Assembly (NCBI GenBank): GCA_050331735.1 | Contig: JBHJGN010000031.1 | Coordinates: forward strand, 111,747-175,746 | From: Cyanophyceae cyanobacterium | GTDB lineage: Bacteria > Cyanobacteriota > Cyanobacteriia > Cyanobacteriales > JBHJGN01 | Direction of reading: 5' to 3' | DNA: 64,000 bases | Shown: one piece after another, positions 1 to 9,828 of the stretch | Numbering within the stretch: position 1 is the stretch's first letter | Layout: each line of letters opens with the position of its first letter | Translations under genes and position numbers: made by a program | The notes under the pieces: generated by a model | What the model was told of the DNA's origin: nothing | What the model saw: only the letters and a program-made list of their open reading frames with translations | The model's database searches: none

Positions 1-1
1 C

Positions 2-289
2 TTCGCTTGGCTGACAGGCTTCCTCTCTGTTGCTTTTGCAAAGCTGTTTTATTTCATTTTGACGGGGCTATCTTCGATTGTGGTGCTCGATGCTATTCAG
101 GATGTGTCCCTAACAGACTTTGTGGACTCGATTCTGGTGGGAATCTTTGTCGGAGCACTGGCACCGCTGCTTTCCTTGGCAGTGTGCGTGAGCGGCGGTC
201 GAGCGGTATTTCAAAGTTTAGTCGGCTACGTAGTTCCGGCGGTTGATTCGACGGTGCGGCGGCGGCAGATTTATCGAGCAGGAAAGTAA
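2..289 (+). CDS. Partial (5' end outside window) polytopic membrane protein, possibly cyanobacterial conjugation/T4SS VirB6-like
   Basis: Frame open from position 2 (FAWLTGFLSVAFAKLFYFILTGLSSIVV...) to TAA at 289; several hydrophobic segments. Confidence 0.55.
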   Translation, partial: FAWLTGFLSVAFAKLFYFILTGLSSIVVLDAIQDVSLTDFVDSILVGIFVGALAPLLSLAVCVSGGRAVFQSLVGYVVPAVDSTVRRRQIYRAGK

Positions 290-313
290 ACAGATAAGCA
301 TTTTTGTAAGGGA

Positions 314-1072
314 TTGAGGGCTGTGGTGCAGATACTTCCAGAGAAAAAATCGAGAAACTACCTAGCGCTGTTTGTGCTGCTTACCGTGATTATGCAGGGG
401 GCGAGTGTGCTGCTGCTGCTCTTTCAGGGGGCAATTATCAATCGCCTGAGCAAAAACCCGCCCACTCTGGTACAGCTTGTGGATGGAGAATCGATTCGCG
501 TCGAGCCGATGGATTACCTAGAGCGTACGCCCCAAACAATCCGCGAGTTTGTTGAAGATACCATGACCATGCTAATGACCTGGTCGGGGGAACTTCCGGT
601 CGAGTCGGCGCAGGATGAAAAGGTGCCGAGGCGCGACCCAGGAGTGACGATAGCGACGGAATCGGGTCGCTCTCAAAGGATTGCCACCTCTACCTGGCAA
701 GCAGGATTTGCTCTTTCTGAAGACTTTCGGGTTGAGTTTTTGCAGGAACTGACTCGCCTCACTCCTCAGCGAATCTTTAGCAGAAATCAGGATACGCAGG
801 TTGTTTTGGTGATACTCGATTTGTCTGAACCGAAGAAGATTGAAGAGGGTAAATGGAAGCTGGCAATGGTCGCTAACTTACTGTTTTTTAGGGACGGTAG
901 TTCCCTCGGAGAGGGAGTCCCGTTTAACAAAGAAGTTTATGTGCATACTGTCGTTGCGCCAGAAGTGCCTGATGATGCGACTCCTCTAGCTCGGAAAATT
1001 TATCAGGTGCGACAAGCTGGCTTGGAAATCTACGCCATGCGTGATTTAGAGGCGGAGGAAATTTTGGAGTAG
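314..1072 (+). CDS. Single-TM hypothetical protein resembling cyanobacterial conjugative (MPF-C, VirB8-like) proteins
   Basis: 252 aa ORF; N-terminal TM followed by PPTLVQLVDG...ERTPQTIREFV...MLMTWSG; family call from recall only. Confidence 0.55.
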   Translation: MRAVVQILPEKKSRNYLALFVLLTVIMQGASVLLLLFQGAIINRLSKNPPTLVQLVDGESIRVEPMDYLERTPQTIREFVEDTMTMLMTWSGELPVESAQDEKVPRRDPGVTIATESGRSQRIATSTWQAGFALSEDFRVEFLQELTRLTPQRIFSRNQDTQVVLVILDLSEPKKIEEGKWKLAMVANLLFFRDGSSLGEGVPFNKEVYVHTVVAPEVPDDATPLARKIYQVRQAGLEIYAMRDLEAEEILE

Positions 1073-1165
1073 ATATACCTCTATAGAATGGGGGAAAAGA
1101 GTAAGGGAGAAAGGAAACTCAAAATTCGATAAAGTGGGGATACATAAAGTGACAGGGATCAAACT

Positions 1166-1732
1166 GTGACAACGCTGGTTAAGTGGACGGTTGAAGACTA
1201 TCACCGGATGATTGAGGCAGGTATCCTCTCCGAACGACGCTGCGAGTTAATCGGAGGAAAAATCGTTGAGATGGCGCCGGAAGGACCGCTGCATCGGTTT
1301 ATCAATGAAACGGTCGGTGACTATTTACGCCAGCAATTGGGAACTGCGGCTCTCGTTTCAGAAGCTCATCCCATTACTCTCGTAGATTCAGAACCAGAAC
1401 CAGATATTGCCATTATTCAACCTCCTCGGAGTCGATACAGGAATCGCCATCCTGCCCCCCAGGATATTTACTGGCTAATCGAAGTTGCCGATACGACCCT
1501 TGCTGAAGATACAGGGGAAAAATTGACAGCGTATGCTAAAGCAGGTATCCCTGAGTATTGGGTCATCGACGTTCAGCGATCGCAAGTCAAAGTCTTTCGC
1601 CAGCCCCTCGAAGAGCAATACCGAAGCGAGACAACTGTGACGGCGGGAACAGTTTCGCCACTAGCCTTTGCTGATGTTGCCATTTCTGTAGAACGATTGT
1701 TGGGGGTAAGGAATAGCGAGACTCAGCTTTAG
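1166..1732 (+). CDS. Uma2 family (DUF820) endonuclease-like protein
   Basis: WTVEDYHRM, ELIGGKIVEM, SEPEPDIAI, LIEVADT, YAKAGIPEYWVID motifs. Confidence 0.92.
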   Translation: MTTLVKWTVEDYHRMIEAGILSERRCELIGGKIVEMAPEGPLHRFINETVGDYLRQQLGTAALVSEAHPITLVDSEPEPDIAIIQPPRSRYRNRHPAPQDIYWLIEVADTTLAEDTGEKLTAYAKAGIPEYWVIDVQRSQVKVFRQPLEEQYRSETTVTAGTVSPLAFADVAISVERLLGVRNSETQL

Positions 1733-1827
1733 CCTTGGCGAGCGATCGCACCGATGCCAAGTTGCCATTTGAGACAATCTTCTATTCACAATACTCACTA
1801 GACGAGTAGTTGTTTCATGGTTTCGAC

Positions 1828-2754
1828 TCAGCGCGGAACGTTTAACGCTCCGTTGTTTCTCAGCCAAAGTTTCTGGTCTTCAGTGAATCCTTCTGCGTTT
1901 GTAAAAGTCGCGCCTGCTACAGTACACTCCGTTAAATCAACGTCGTCCCATACTGTATCTTCCACATTAGCATCTCGCAAATCAGCGTTTCTTAAACTAA
2001 CCTGCGTTAATATTGACCCTTCTAAGCTGGCGGAAAACAAGGAAGCTTGAGTAAGATCTGAGGACTTAATTTGAGTATTTTGTAAACTAGCACGATTTAA
2101 ATCTGCCTGTCGCAGAATAACAGTTTCGATTTCTGCTGCTCTGAGGTTAACACCAATTAGATCAGCTCCCGTAAAATCGGCTCTGGTGATACAGGCGCGG
2201 CTCAAATTAGCTTTTTCCAGATTTGCCTGCTGCCAAATTGTTCCCTGAAGATTAGCCGCTTCTAACGAAGCTTGACGAAGATTGGCCCCGCTAAAATTGC
2301 TATTAAGAAAAGTAGCCGCTCCCAAATTTGCTGCCTCTAAATTTGCCCGACAAAAGTTAGTGTTTTCTCCTTTGGCTTCTCTAAAATCCACTCTCTTTAA
2401 AACTGCTGCATAAGCCTCAGCATTATGAAGAGTGGCTCCATAAAATTTGGCATTTTCGGCCTTGGCCTCTCTAAGGTTGGCTCGTTCCAGGGAGGCACTG
2501 TTGAGCATAGCGTAGGCAAGATTGGCCCGAATTAGTTCTGTGCCTGTTAAAGTAGCAAACATCAGCGTTGCTTCCGAAAAGTTTGTGTCTCGGCAAGATG
2601 CTGCGGAAAGATTAGCGCCACGAAGATACGCTGCGGTAAAGTCTCCTCCATCTAGCTTGGTTTGCTGTAGATCGATGTGGCTTAGCTCCGCTTCATAAAA
2701 AGATTGTCCCAGTCTCAGTCTCATTAAGACTTCATCGGGAGAAAATAGCGACAT
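1828..2754 (-). CDS. Pentapeptide repeat protein
   Basis: Long A(D/N)LxxA pentapeptide array; ATG at 2754 chosen because a GAGG RBS precedes it (track start is 2790). Confidence 0.92.
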   Translation of the reverse strand: MSLFSPDEVLMRLRLGQSFYEAELSHIDLQQTKLDGGDFTAAYLRGANLSAASCRDTNFSEATLMFATLTGTELIRANLAYAMLNSASLERANLREAKAENAKFYGATLHNAEAYAAVLKRVDFREAKGENTNFCRANLEAANLGAATFLNSNFSGANLRQASLEAANLQGTIWQQANLEKANLSRACITRADFTGADLIGVNLRAAEIETVILRQADLNRASLQNTQIKSSDLTQASLFSASLEGSILTQVSLRNADLRDANVEDTVWDDVDLTECTVAGATFTNAEGFTEDQKLWLRNNGALNVPR

Positions 2755-3075
2755 CTGTAGGTTGAGCCTCCGTATAGATGAATTAATCAATTGGTTCGAG
2801 CGGCACTGCTAAGTGTAATTACGCAAACTGACCGTAAATTGCTCCAAAATTAATCATTTTCTCACTCAGCAGTCTACACCATTTATAAGTCAAGCAGAAG
2901 GCTATTGAGTCATGCTCACCAACTAAAGAGCTGCCCTCAATTTAGTCTTGATCGGGTATAGTTGATTGCACTCTGGACGTTTTTATTTCCTGGGCTATCT
3001 TATAAGAATGAATGATGCAAAGCTCATTAGCCGGCTCAAACTAGGAAAGAATTCTGACACTATTTAAAGCCCCTC

Positions 3076-4008
3076 ATGTTTCAGCTCAAACACGGATTAT
3101 TTAAATATAACGTTAGTGATTATTATGCTGTTCTCGGAATTCCTGTGGATGCAGACGCTAAACAGATTCGACAGCGATATTTGAAAATTGCTCAAAAACT
3201 GCATCCAGATACCTGTAAAGCCAAAGATAAAGCTCAACTTCAGCAGGCTAGCCAGCTATTGTCAAAGTTAGTCAATCCGGCTTACGAACAGCTCAGCAAG
3301 GAACGCTCGCGCTCAGAGTACCGGTTAATCATTGCCCGCCTTGGGGAGCAGTTGGCCCGAGAACCAGCAACGGTAGAATCCGAGGCGGCTCAAGAGCTGT
3401 CGCAGTCTGGCGATCGCCTAGAGACAACCTACCACAAGCTGCTGCAATCTTTAGCAGACGACTGTTATCAAGATCTTAGCCGAGTCATACCTACTGTGGC
3501 TCAGCTCAGCGAGCTGAACTTAATCTACCTCAAGTTCAAACAAACACACAAGCAGCGACCGGTTCCTGCGATAGCGGTCGGGGCGAGTGCTGCCAAAGGA
3601 GCGAGCAGTTCCCCATCAGCTAAAACTACTGCGCTAGGAAACAAAGAGCCAGAACTTTCTCCTGTTGAGCTTTACATCCGACGCGCCCAAGAGAATCTTA
3701 ATCGCCGTCAGTATGACCGGGCCGTTTTAGACCTACGCGATGCTCTCAAACTGGAGCCAAAGAACAGCACCTGTCACGGCTTGATGGGAATAGCCTATCT
3801 GCGTCAGAAACAGCTAGGCATGGCCAAAGTTCACATCAATAAAGCCTGGGCAGCTAATTCCAAAGATCCGATTGTCATCCAAGGCAAGCAAGAACTGGAC
3901 AAACTCAACTCCACATCAGGAGGAGCGAAATCTAATCGCTCAGCAGATGCTAATTCTAAACAGGCAGGCGGTATTTTCGGCGGTCTATTTGGTGGTAAAA
4001 AGAAGTAA
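3076..4008 (+). CDS. J-domain (DnaJ) protein with C-terminal TPR
   Basis: DYYAVLGI...HPD J-domain; TPR-like helices at the C-terminus; ends GGLFGGKKK. Confidence 0.9.
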   Translation: MFQLKHGLFKYNVSDYYAVLGIPVDADAKQIRQRYLKIAQKLHPDTCKAKDKAQLQQASQLLSKLVNPAYEQLSKERSRSEYRLIIARLGEQLAREPATVESEAAQELSQSGDRLETTYHKLLQSLADDCYQDLSRVIPTVAQLSELNLIYLKFKQTHKQRPVPAIAVGASAAKGASSSPSAKTTALGNKEPELSPVELYIRRAQENLNRRQYDRAVLDLRDALKLEPKNSTCHGLMGIAYLRQKQLGMAKVHINKAWAANSKDPIVIQGKQELDKLNSTSGGAKSNRSADANSKQAGGIFGGLFGGKKK

Positions 4009-4062
4009 GAGACAGGGGTTTTGAGGCCGCTGTTTTTGAGTTGCCCACCAAAATAGTTTGTC

Positions 4063-5277
4063 ATGATTCATCAGCCACCAGCCGGTGCGAGAGATTTACT
4101 GCCCCTAGAAGTTGTTCAAAAGAGCTGGATTAACGATCGCCTCCAGCAGGTGTTTGCTCAGTGGGGATACCAGCGCATCGTCACGTCTACCTTAGAGTGG
4201 CTTGATACCCTGATGGCAGGAGGAGCGATCGAGCGCTCAACAGTAGTTCAGCTTCAAGATAATTCGGAGGGAACTTTAGGGCTGCGTCCAGAATTAACCG
4301 CTTCTATTGCGCGAGCAGCGGTGACGCGCATGGAAGCAAAAACCTACCCTCAGCGCCTCTGTTACCGCGCTAACGTATTTCGTCAACCCCCCGCCGGACA
4401 TCACGGGCGGCAGATGGAATTTTATCAAGCTGGCGTAGAGCTGCTGTTTGCCGGGGGAGTGGTGGCAGATGCCGAAGTGTTGCTGCTGTTGGTGGACTGT
4501 TTGCATCAGCTTGGCTTGCAGCAGTGGCAGTTACTGTTAGGAGAAGTGGGCTTAACGCGATCGCTGCTTTCCCCGTTTCCAGAGCCGTTGAAGCAGGAAA
4601 TCCGACACTGCTTAGCTCATCTCGACCGCGTTGCCCTAGAAAACCTGGAACTGACTTCAGAGCAGCAGGAGCGGGCGCTGTTGCTGTTTGACCTACGGGG
4701 ACGACCAGAGGACGTGCTTCAGCAGGTGGCTCAGCTCGAACTTGACGAGACGGGACAGCAAATTGTCCAAAACTTGAAAACGTTAGTCGAGTTACTCAAC
4801 AGCAGTCGCCCCGAACCGCTGCCGCTGATTCTAGATTTGAGCCTACTGCAAACCTTTGATTACTACACAGGCATTGTGTTTGACGTCGTAAGCCGAGGCG
4901 ATCGCTCTTCCCGTATCGTCGGGCAGGGAGGACGCTACGACAGGCTTTTAGGGCTGTATCATCCGCACAAGCAAGATTCTCCCGGCATTGGCTTTTCGTT
5001 CTATTTGGAAGATCTGTATACCTGTCTACTGGCTAGCAACGCGCTACCGACAGAAGCTCCTATGAGCCATTGGCTGGTGATTCCTGACTCTTCGCAAGCG
5101 GACGCGGCAGCTTTCGCCTATGCTCAAACCTTGAGAGCCGAGGGAGTCGTGCGAGTCGAGATGGAATTGAAGAGGCGATCGCCGGAGCAGATTCGAGAGT
5201 ATGCGCGCCAGCGCCGCATTAAGTACTTGGCTTGGGTAAAGGGTGACGGGATTCCGAAAATTGAAGCAGTCAGCTAG
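4063..5277 (+). CDS. hisZ: ATP phosphoribosyltransferase regulatory subunit
   Basis: PAGARDLLP, LRPELTASIAR, FYQAGVEL, YYTGIVF, GGRYD motifs. Confidence 0.93.
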   Translation: MIHQPPAGARDLLPLEVVQKSWINDRLQQVFAQWGYQRIVTSTLEWLDTLMAGGAIERSTVVQLQDNSEGTLGLRPELTASIARAAVTRMEAKTYPQRLCYRANVFRQPPAGHHGRQMEFYQAGVELLFAGGVVADAEVLLLLVDCLHQLGLQQWQLLLGEVGLTRSLLSPFPEPLKQEIRHCLAHLDRVALENLELTSEQQERALLLFDLRGRPEDVLQQVAQLELDETGQQIVQNLKTLVELLNSSRPEPLPLILDLSLLQTFDYYTGIVFDVVSRGDRSSRIVGQGGRYDRLLGLYHPHKQDSPGIGFSFYLEDLYTCLLASNALPTEAPMSHWLVIPDSSQADAAAFAYAQTLRAEGVVRVEMELKRRSPEQIREYARQRRIKYLAWVKGDGIPKIEAVS

Positions 5278-5328
5278 CGCCGTAGGCCCGGGAAAAAAGT
5301 TCCTACGGAACGGGGAAAAGGGGAAGGA
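5275..5328 (+). repeat. Mini-hairpin / purine-heptamer mosaic repeat directly after the hisZ stop
   Basis: TAG-CGCCGTAGGCCCGGG, hairpin GTTCC-TAC-GGAAC, then GGGGAAAAGGGGAAGG; related copies elsewhere in the window. Confidence 0.75.
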
Positions 5329-5335
5329 GAAAAAT

Positions 5336-5920
5336 ATGACGACTGTTACAATTCCCAAAGGATTTATAGTGACGCCGGGACAGTTTGATGAACTTGCTGA
5401 TGCCAATACCGGCATTCGCCTGGAGTTAACCGCTCAAGGAGTATTGCTAGTTATGTCGCCAACAGGGGGAACAGCAGGAAGAAGAAATTTTCGCCTTTGT
5501 CAGCAATTGGCCAATTGGGCAGAGCGAGATGAAACCGGAGTTGGCTTTGACTCATCAACCATTTTTGTTCTGCCTAACGGCGCAAGACGTTCCCCCGATG
5601 CTGCCTGGATTCAGTTGAAACGCTGGAATACTCTCACTCAAGAAGAGCAAGACGGCTTTCCTCCGATTGCTCCTGATTTTGTGATTGAGTTAGTCAGTCC
5701 GAGCGATTTAGCAAACCAGCGCTATGAAGACTTACAGCAGAAAATGCCGGAATATCTGGACAATGGAGTGCGCCTCGGTTGGCTCATCGAGCCGAAGACA
5801 CAAACTGTTGAGATTTACCGTATGGGGCAGCCTGTTGAAGCTTTACAGAATCCGAAATCTCTTAGTGGTGAGGTGGTTTTGCCGGGATTGCTCCTCGATT
5901 TGGAGCCGATTTGGGGTTAA
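5336..5920 (+). CDS. Uma2 family (DUF820) endonuclease-like protein
   Basis: RLELTAQG, GFDSST, RSPDAAW, APDFVIELVS, YLDNGVRLGWLI; ATG at 5336 (the upstream ORF extension is repeat DNA). Confidence 0.92.
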   Translation: MTTVTIPKGFIVTPGQFDELADANTGIRLELTAQGVLLVMSPTGGTAGRRNFRLCQQLANWAERDETGVGFDSSTIFVLPNGARRSPDAAWIQLKRWNTLTQEEQDGFPPIAPDFVIELVSPSDLANQRYEDLQQKMPEYLDNGVRLGWLIEPKTQTVEIYRMGQPVEALQNPKSLSGEVVLPGLLLDLEPIWG

Positions 5921-5930
5921 ATCAGAGCTA

Positions 5931-6055
5931 GTGAGAAACTTAATGAGTTGGAAAAAGGGAAGGGGGAAAGGTCAGCACAGCAAGTTTTTCCCTTTGCACC
6001 CCCAACTCTTGGTTTGTTTGGAGAACTATCTAACTACTTTCGGTCAATGGTATTA
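5931..6055. repeat. Dispersed MITE-like repeat, copy 1 (left end eroded)
   Basis: Shares GAACTATCT(A/G)ACTACTTTCGGT(C/A)AATGGTAT with 9684-9828 and 33804-33936. Confidence 0.75.
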
Positions 6056-6323
6056 GCCCTTGCGATCAACAACTAGTGACTGTTGACTCAATACGAGCCT
6101 AATCTATTTTTGGTCAGTCAGCAGTAATACTGAGGGCAATTGTGTTGGGAATTGTCAAACTAGGCTTATTCCACTGTCAAATCATCTTTAGTCTTTCTGC
6201 TTCTGAAACATTAAAAGCAAGCAGGAAAAATTAGGGACAGCTCATTTTATGGGTGGAAGTTTTAGCAATCTGCAATAAATATAAACGCTTAATATTTAAA
6301 ATTGCGAAATTGAGGCGGTAGAG

Positions 6324-9300
6324 ATGAAAACAGACTTATCTTCCCTGAAACCTTCTAACCCTGTTGCCACCCTCGTTTTTATCGATGCTGGAGTTAAAAA
6401 TTATCAACAGTTAGTTGATGGTGTTATTCCTAAAGCGGAAGTATTTGTCTTAGATGCAGCGGCTGATGGTGTTGAGCAAATTAGCCATGTTTTACAGCAG
6501 CGGCAGAATGTCGGAGCTGTTCATATCGTTTCTCACGGTGCGCCAGGTGGCTTGTACTTGGGTAACACCCGATTAAGTCTTGATACTTTCAGGCACTATG
6601 CCACTCAGCTACAGAAGTGGAAGGTAGTCAATCTCTTTCTCTACGGCTGTAACGTGGCTGCTGGGGACGCAGGTGAAGAGTTTATCGAGAAGCTGCACCA
6701 GCAGACAGGAGCAAGTATAGCAGCGTCGCGTCGAGTAATCGGTGACGGGTACTGGTTCCTAGATGTTAACCCTACAGGGACGACAGCACAGACCCCATTT
6801 GATGAAGCAGTTCTAGAAAGCTGGACAGGACGACTAGCGCTAAACATCAGCAATCTCAGTAACTCATCGTATACTGAGCAAGACCCCGCTATTATCCTAG
6901 ACAGTGATATCAGCTTCTCAGGTGGGACAAACTACAGCAGCGGCTATCTTGAGTTTAGTTTAAGCACCGCTACTGCGTCTGATTTTTTAAGTTTAGTTGC
7001 TGATGACAACATTTCTACCGCTAACAACCAGATTTCTATTGTTGCTAATACAGTTTATCTCGGCGATGGCAGCGAGGCAGCAGTAGTCGGTACCGTAGAT
7101 TCAACATTCGACGGTCAGAATGGAAAAAATCTACGGATTAACTTATCCACTAGTTTTCCAAACGGTAATTTCAACATTGGCTCGCCTGAAGACACAACCA
7201 TCACGAGTTGGACAACGGTAAACCAGCAGGTCAAATTTGGAAACGATACAATTGCTAACTTAACTACGCCCACCGACAGCACCATTCCCTCAGACTCTAA
7301 TGGGGACCAAAACACTCCTTCTAGCCCAGGGACGATGACGACAGTCCTTGATGCTACACAGAACGACGGAGGCGGAAATTCTCTTCGGCTCGCCTCTACA
7401 GGAATTACTACTGCCGAAGGATATGATATCGTTCGCGGTCCATACGTTTACAGTGATACGGCTATATCCTTGTCATCTGGCGACCAGGTGTCCTTTGAAT
7501 GGCAAGCTCAAGGGGGGGGAGATGCCTATGATATTTATGGCTACATTGTTGATATTAACAACAATCACATCGAAACTATTCTAGATGAAACAGGCAGTAG
7601 TGAATCTGCTGCTACTACTTGGGCAACGGAGACAATTACTGTTTCCCAAGCTGGTGAGTACAAATTTGTCTTTGTTGCCGGTACTTACGACTATTCTGGC
7701 GGTAAAGCTGCAGGAGCACAGCTCTACATTGACGATGTAACAGTTACTCAATCGGTCCCGTCCGCAGTTTTCGACGATACTCATGTATCTGCGCTCGCTC
7801 AGAGAGTGCAGTACAACAATACCTCAGATAGTCCTGAAACCTCAAAAACTCTCACTGTCTCCGTTCAAAACAGCGCTGATGAGATAGTAAGCGATACGGC
7901 AACCATTGATATTACGTTAGTAAACGATGCCCCCACTGCGCTTAGCCTCAGCAGCACCAGTATTAATGAGAACAGTGCGGCGGGAAGTGCAATCGGTACT
8001 TTCAGCAGCACTGACCCTGACGCGAGCGAGACCTTCACCTATACTCTAGTGGCTGGCACTGGAGATACGGATAACAGTGCCTTTACCATTGACAGCGACC
8101 AGCTTAAAATCATCGACTCCCCCGACTACGAAGCTAAGGATAGCTATAGCATTCACGTCCGCACCACAGATAGTGAGAACGAAATCTATGAAGAAGCGTT
8201 TACTATCAATGTCAACGATTTTAATAAAACACCCACTGCTATTGCTCTTGATAACAACCGGGTTAACGAGAATCAAAATAGCCGCACTCTCGTCGGTACT
8301 CTTTCTACCATTGATGCCGATGACGGCGACACTCATATTTACCAGCTCGTGGGTGGGGAGGAAGATACAGATAACAGTGCCTTTACCATCGATGGTAATC
8401 AACTGAAAACTAACACTCGGCTTAACTACGAAGCTAAATCCAGCTACAGCATTCGTATCCAAACCACAGATAGCGAGAGCGAAACCTACGAAAAAACCTT
8501 TACTATCAGCGTCAACAATCTCAACGAAATCCCCAGACTCAGTTTAATCAACACTAATACCTCCTTAGCTGAAGACATCGATACCAGCACTAGGATTAAG
8601 GTAGCAGACATCCGCATCTATGATGATGGTTTAGGAGCAGAAACCATTGCCCTGAGCGGCCCTAATGCCGACCTCTTCGAGCTGGATGGGAGAAAACTCT
8701 TTCTCAAAGCCGATACTCCTCTCAACCATGAAACCGAAGCTGAGTTAAACGTGCAGGTCTCGGTCAACGACTCCACCATCGGCTCCACACCAGACGATAC
8801 TGAATCCTTGGCAATCGCCATCAGCGATGTCAATGAAGCCCCCAGCCTCAGCTTCACTAACTCTACCGCTTCATTAGCCGAAGACACCGACACCAGCACT
8901 AGGATTAAGGTAGCTGATATTGTCATTAGTGATGATGCCCTCGGCAACAACACCTTAAGCCTCAGCGGGGAAGATGCTGAGAGCTTTGAAATTGACGACA
9001 GCGCTCTGTTCCTCAAAGCCAATACCCCCCTCGACTTTGAAACCCATCCTGAGCTATCGGTCTCGCTTAGCATCGATGATGCTACCTTGGGAGATGGAGC
9101 GGAAGCAACAGAATCCTACACCCTGAATCTGATTGATATGCCAGATGACGGCCTTGAAGGGGATATTAGCTTATTCTGGTCTAACCGCGCCACCGGAGAG
9201 AACCAGCTCTGGCTCTTCACGGGACTCCAGAGGCAGTCTGTGGTATTGCCCCTTACCGATACAGATTGGCAACTGCGAGACGTCGGAGACTTTAACGGAG

Positions 9301-9584
9301 ATGACCAGTACGACCTGCTCTGGCGACACTCGGCTACCGGAGAAAACGCTGTTTGGCTGATGAACGGCACTGACTTTATTCAAAGAAGTAGTTTGCGCTC
9401 TGCTTCCAACCTCGATTGGTCCCTGGTGGGCGCGGCAGACTTCAACGGAGATGACAAAGACGACCTACTCTGGCGACACGCGGCTACCGGGAAAAATGCT
9501 GTCTGGCTGATGGACGGCACGACTTTTATGAGCAGCAGTTCTCTGCCAGAATTCTCTGGGGCTGACTGGTCTGCGGTTGTTTAA
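6324..9584 (+). CDS. Large surface/adhesin protein: DUF4347, beta-rich module, four cadherin-like repeats, two FG-GAP-like repeats
   Basis: LVFIDAGV..HIVSHG..LYGCNVA (DUF4347); VNDAPT/VNEAP and D(Y/F)E cadherin motifs; GDFNGD..DLLWRH twice. Confidence 0.88.
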   Translation: MKTDLSSLKPSNPVATLVFIDAGVKNYQQLVDGVIPKAEVFVLDAAADGVEQISHVLQQRQNVGAVHIVSHGAPGGLYLGNTRLSLDTFRHYATQLQKWKVVNLFLYGCNVAAGDAGEEFIEKLHQQTGASIAASRRVIGDGYWFLDVNPTGTTAQTPFDEAVLESWTGRLALNISNLSNSSYTEQDPAIILDSDISFSGGTNYSSGYLEFSLSTATASDFLSLVADDNISTANNQISIVANTVYLGDGSEAAVVGTVDSTFDGQNGKNLRINLSTSFPNGNFNIGSPEDTTITSWTTVNQQVKFGNDTIANLTTPTDSTIPSDSNGDQNTPSSPGTMTTVLDATQNDGGGNSLRLASTGITTAEGYDIVRGPYVYSDTAISLSSGDQVSFEWQAQGGGDAYDIYGYIVDINNNHIETILDETGSSESAATTWATETITVSQAGEYKFVFVAGTYDYSGGKAAGAQLYIDDVTVTQSVPSAVFDDTHVSALAQRVQYNNTSDSPETSKTLTVSVQNSADEIVSDTATIDITLVNDAPTALSLSSTSINENSAAGSAIGTFSSTDPDASETFTYTLVAGTGDTDNSAFTIDSDQLKIIDSPDYEAKDSYSIHVRTTDSENEIYEEAFTINVNDFNKTPTAIALDNNRVNENQNSRTLVGTLSTIDADDGDTHIYQLVGGEEDTDNSAFTIDGNQLKTNTRLNYEAKSSYSIRIQTTDSESETYEKTFTISVNNLNEIPRLSLINTNTSLAEDIDTSTRIKVADIRIYDDGLGAETIALSGPNADLFELDGRKLFLKADTPLNHETEAELNVQVSVNDSTIGSTPDDTESLAIAISDVNEAPSLSFTNSTASLAEDTDTSTRIKVADIVISDDALGNNTLSLSGEDAESFEIDDSALFLKANTPLDFETHPELSVSLSIDDATLGDGAEATESYTLNLIDMPDDGLEGDISLFWSNRATGENQLWLFTGLQRQSVVLPLTDTDWQLRDVGDFNGDDQYDLLWRHSATGENAVWLMNGTDFIQRSSLRSASNLDWSLVGAADFNGDDKDDLLWRHAATGKNAVWLMDGTTFMSSSSLPEFSGADWSAVV

Positions 9585-9683
9585 TCGGCTCCATCACGGA
9601 GCACCCATTGAATAGCGAGAAGAGGGAATTTTCCCTTTCCCCCAATCTATAAATGAGTGCATCCACAACCAGGAACCGTCGTC

Positions 9684-9828
9684 TTATGCCAATTAGAAAA
9701 AGTCATCGGAGATGGGGGAAAGGGTCAGGGGGAAAGAGGAAAGGTAAGCACCGCAGCTCTTTCTCCTTGAACTTCCAATGCTTGGTTAGTTCGGGGAACT
9801 ATCTGACTACTTTCGGTCAATGGTATTA
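9684..9828. repeat. Dispersed MITE-like repeat, copy 2; right end overlaps the dapE stop codon
   Basis: TTATGCCAATT...AATGGTATTA imperfect terminal inverted repeats; internal similarity to copies 1 and 3. Confidence 0.78.

Noticed and set aside
1166..5920. Two Uma2 genes as a defence system
   Set aside because: Uma2 paralogs are scattered in large numbers in cyanobacteria and no partner methylase or ATPase is adjacent
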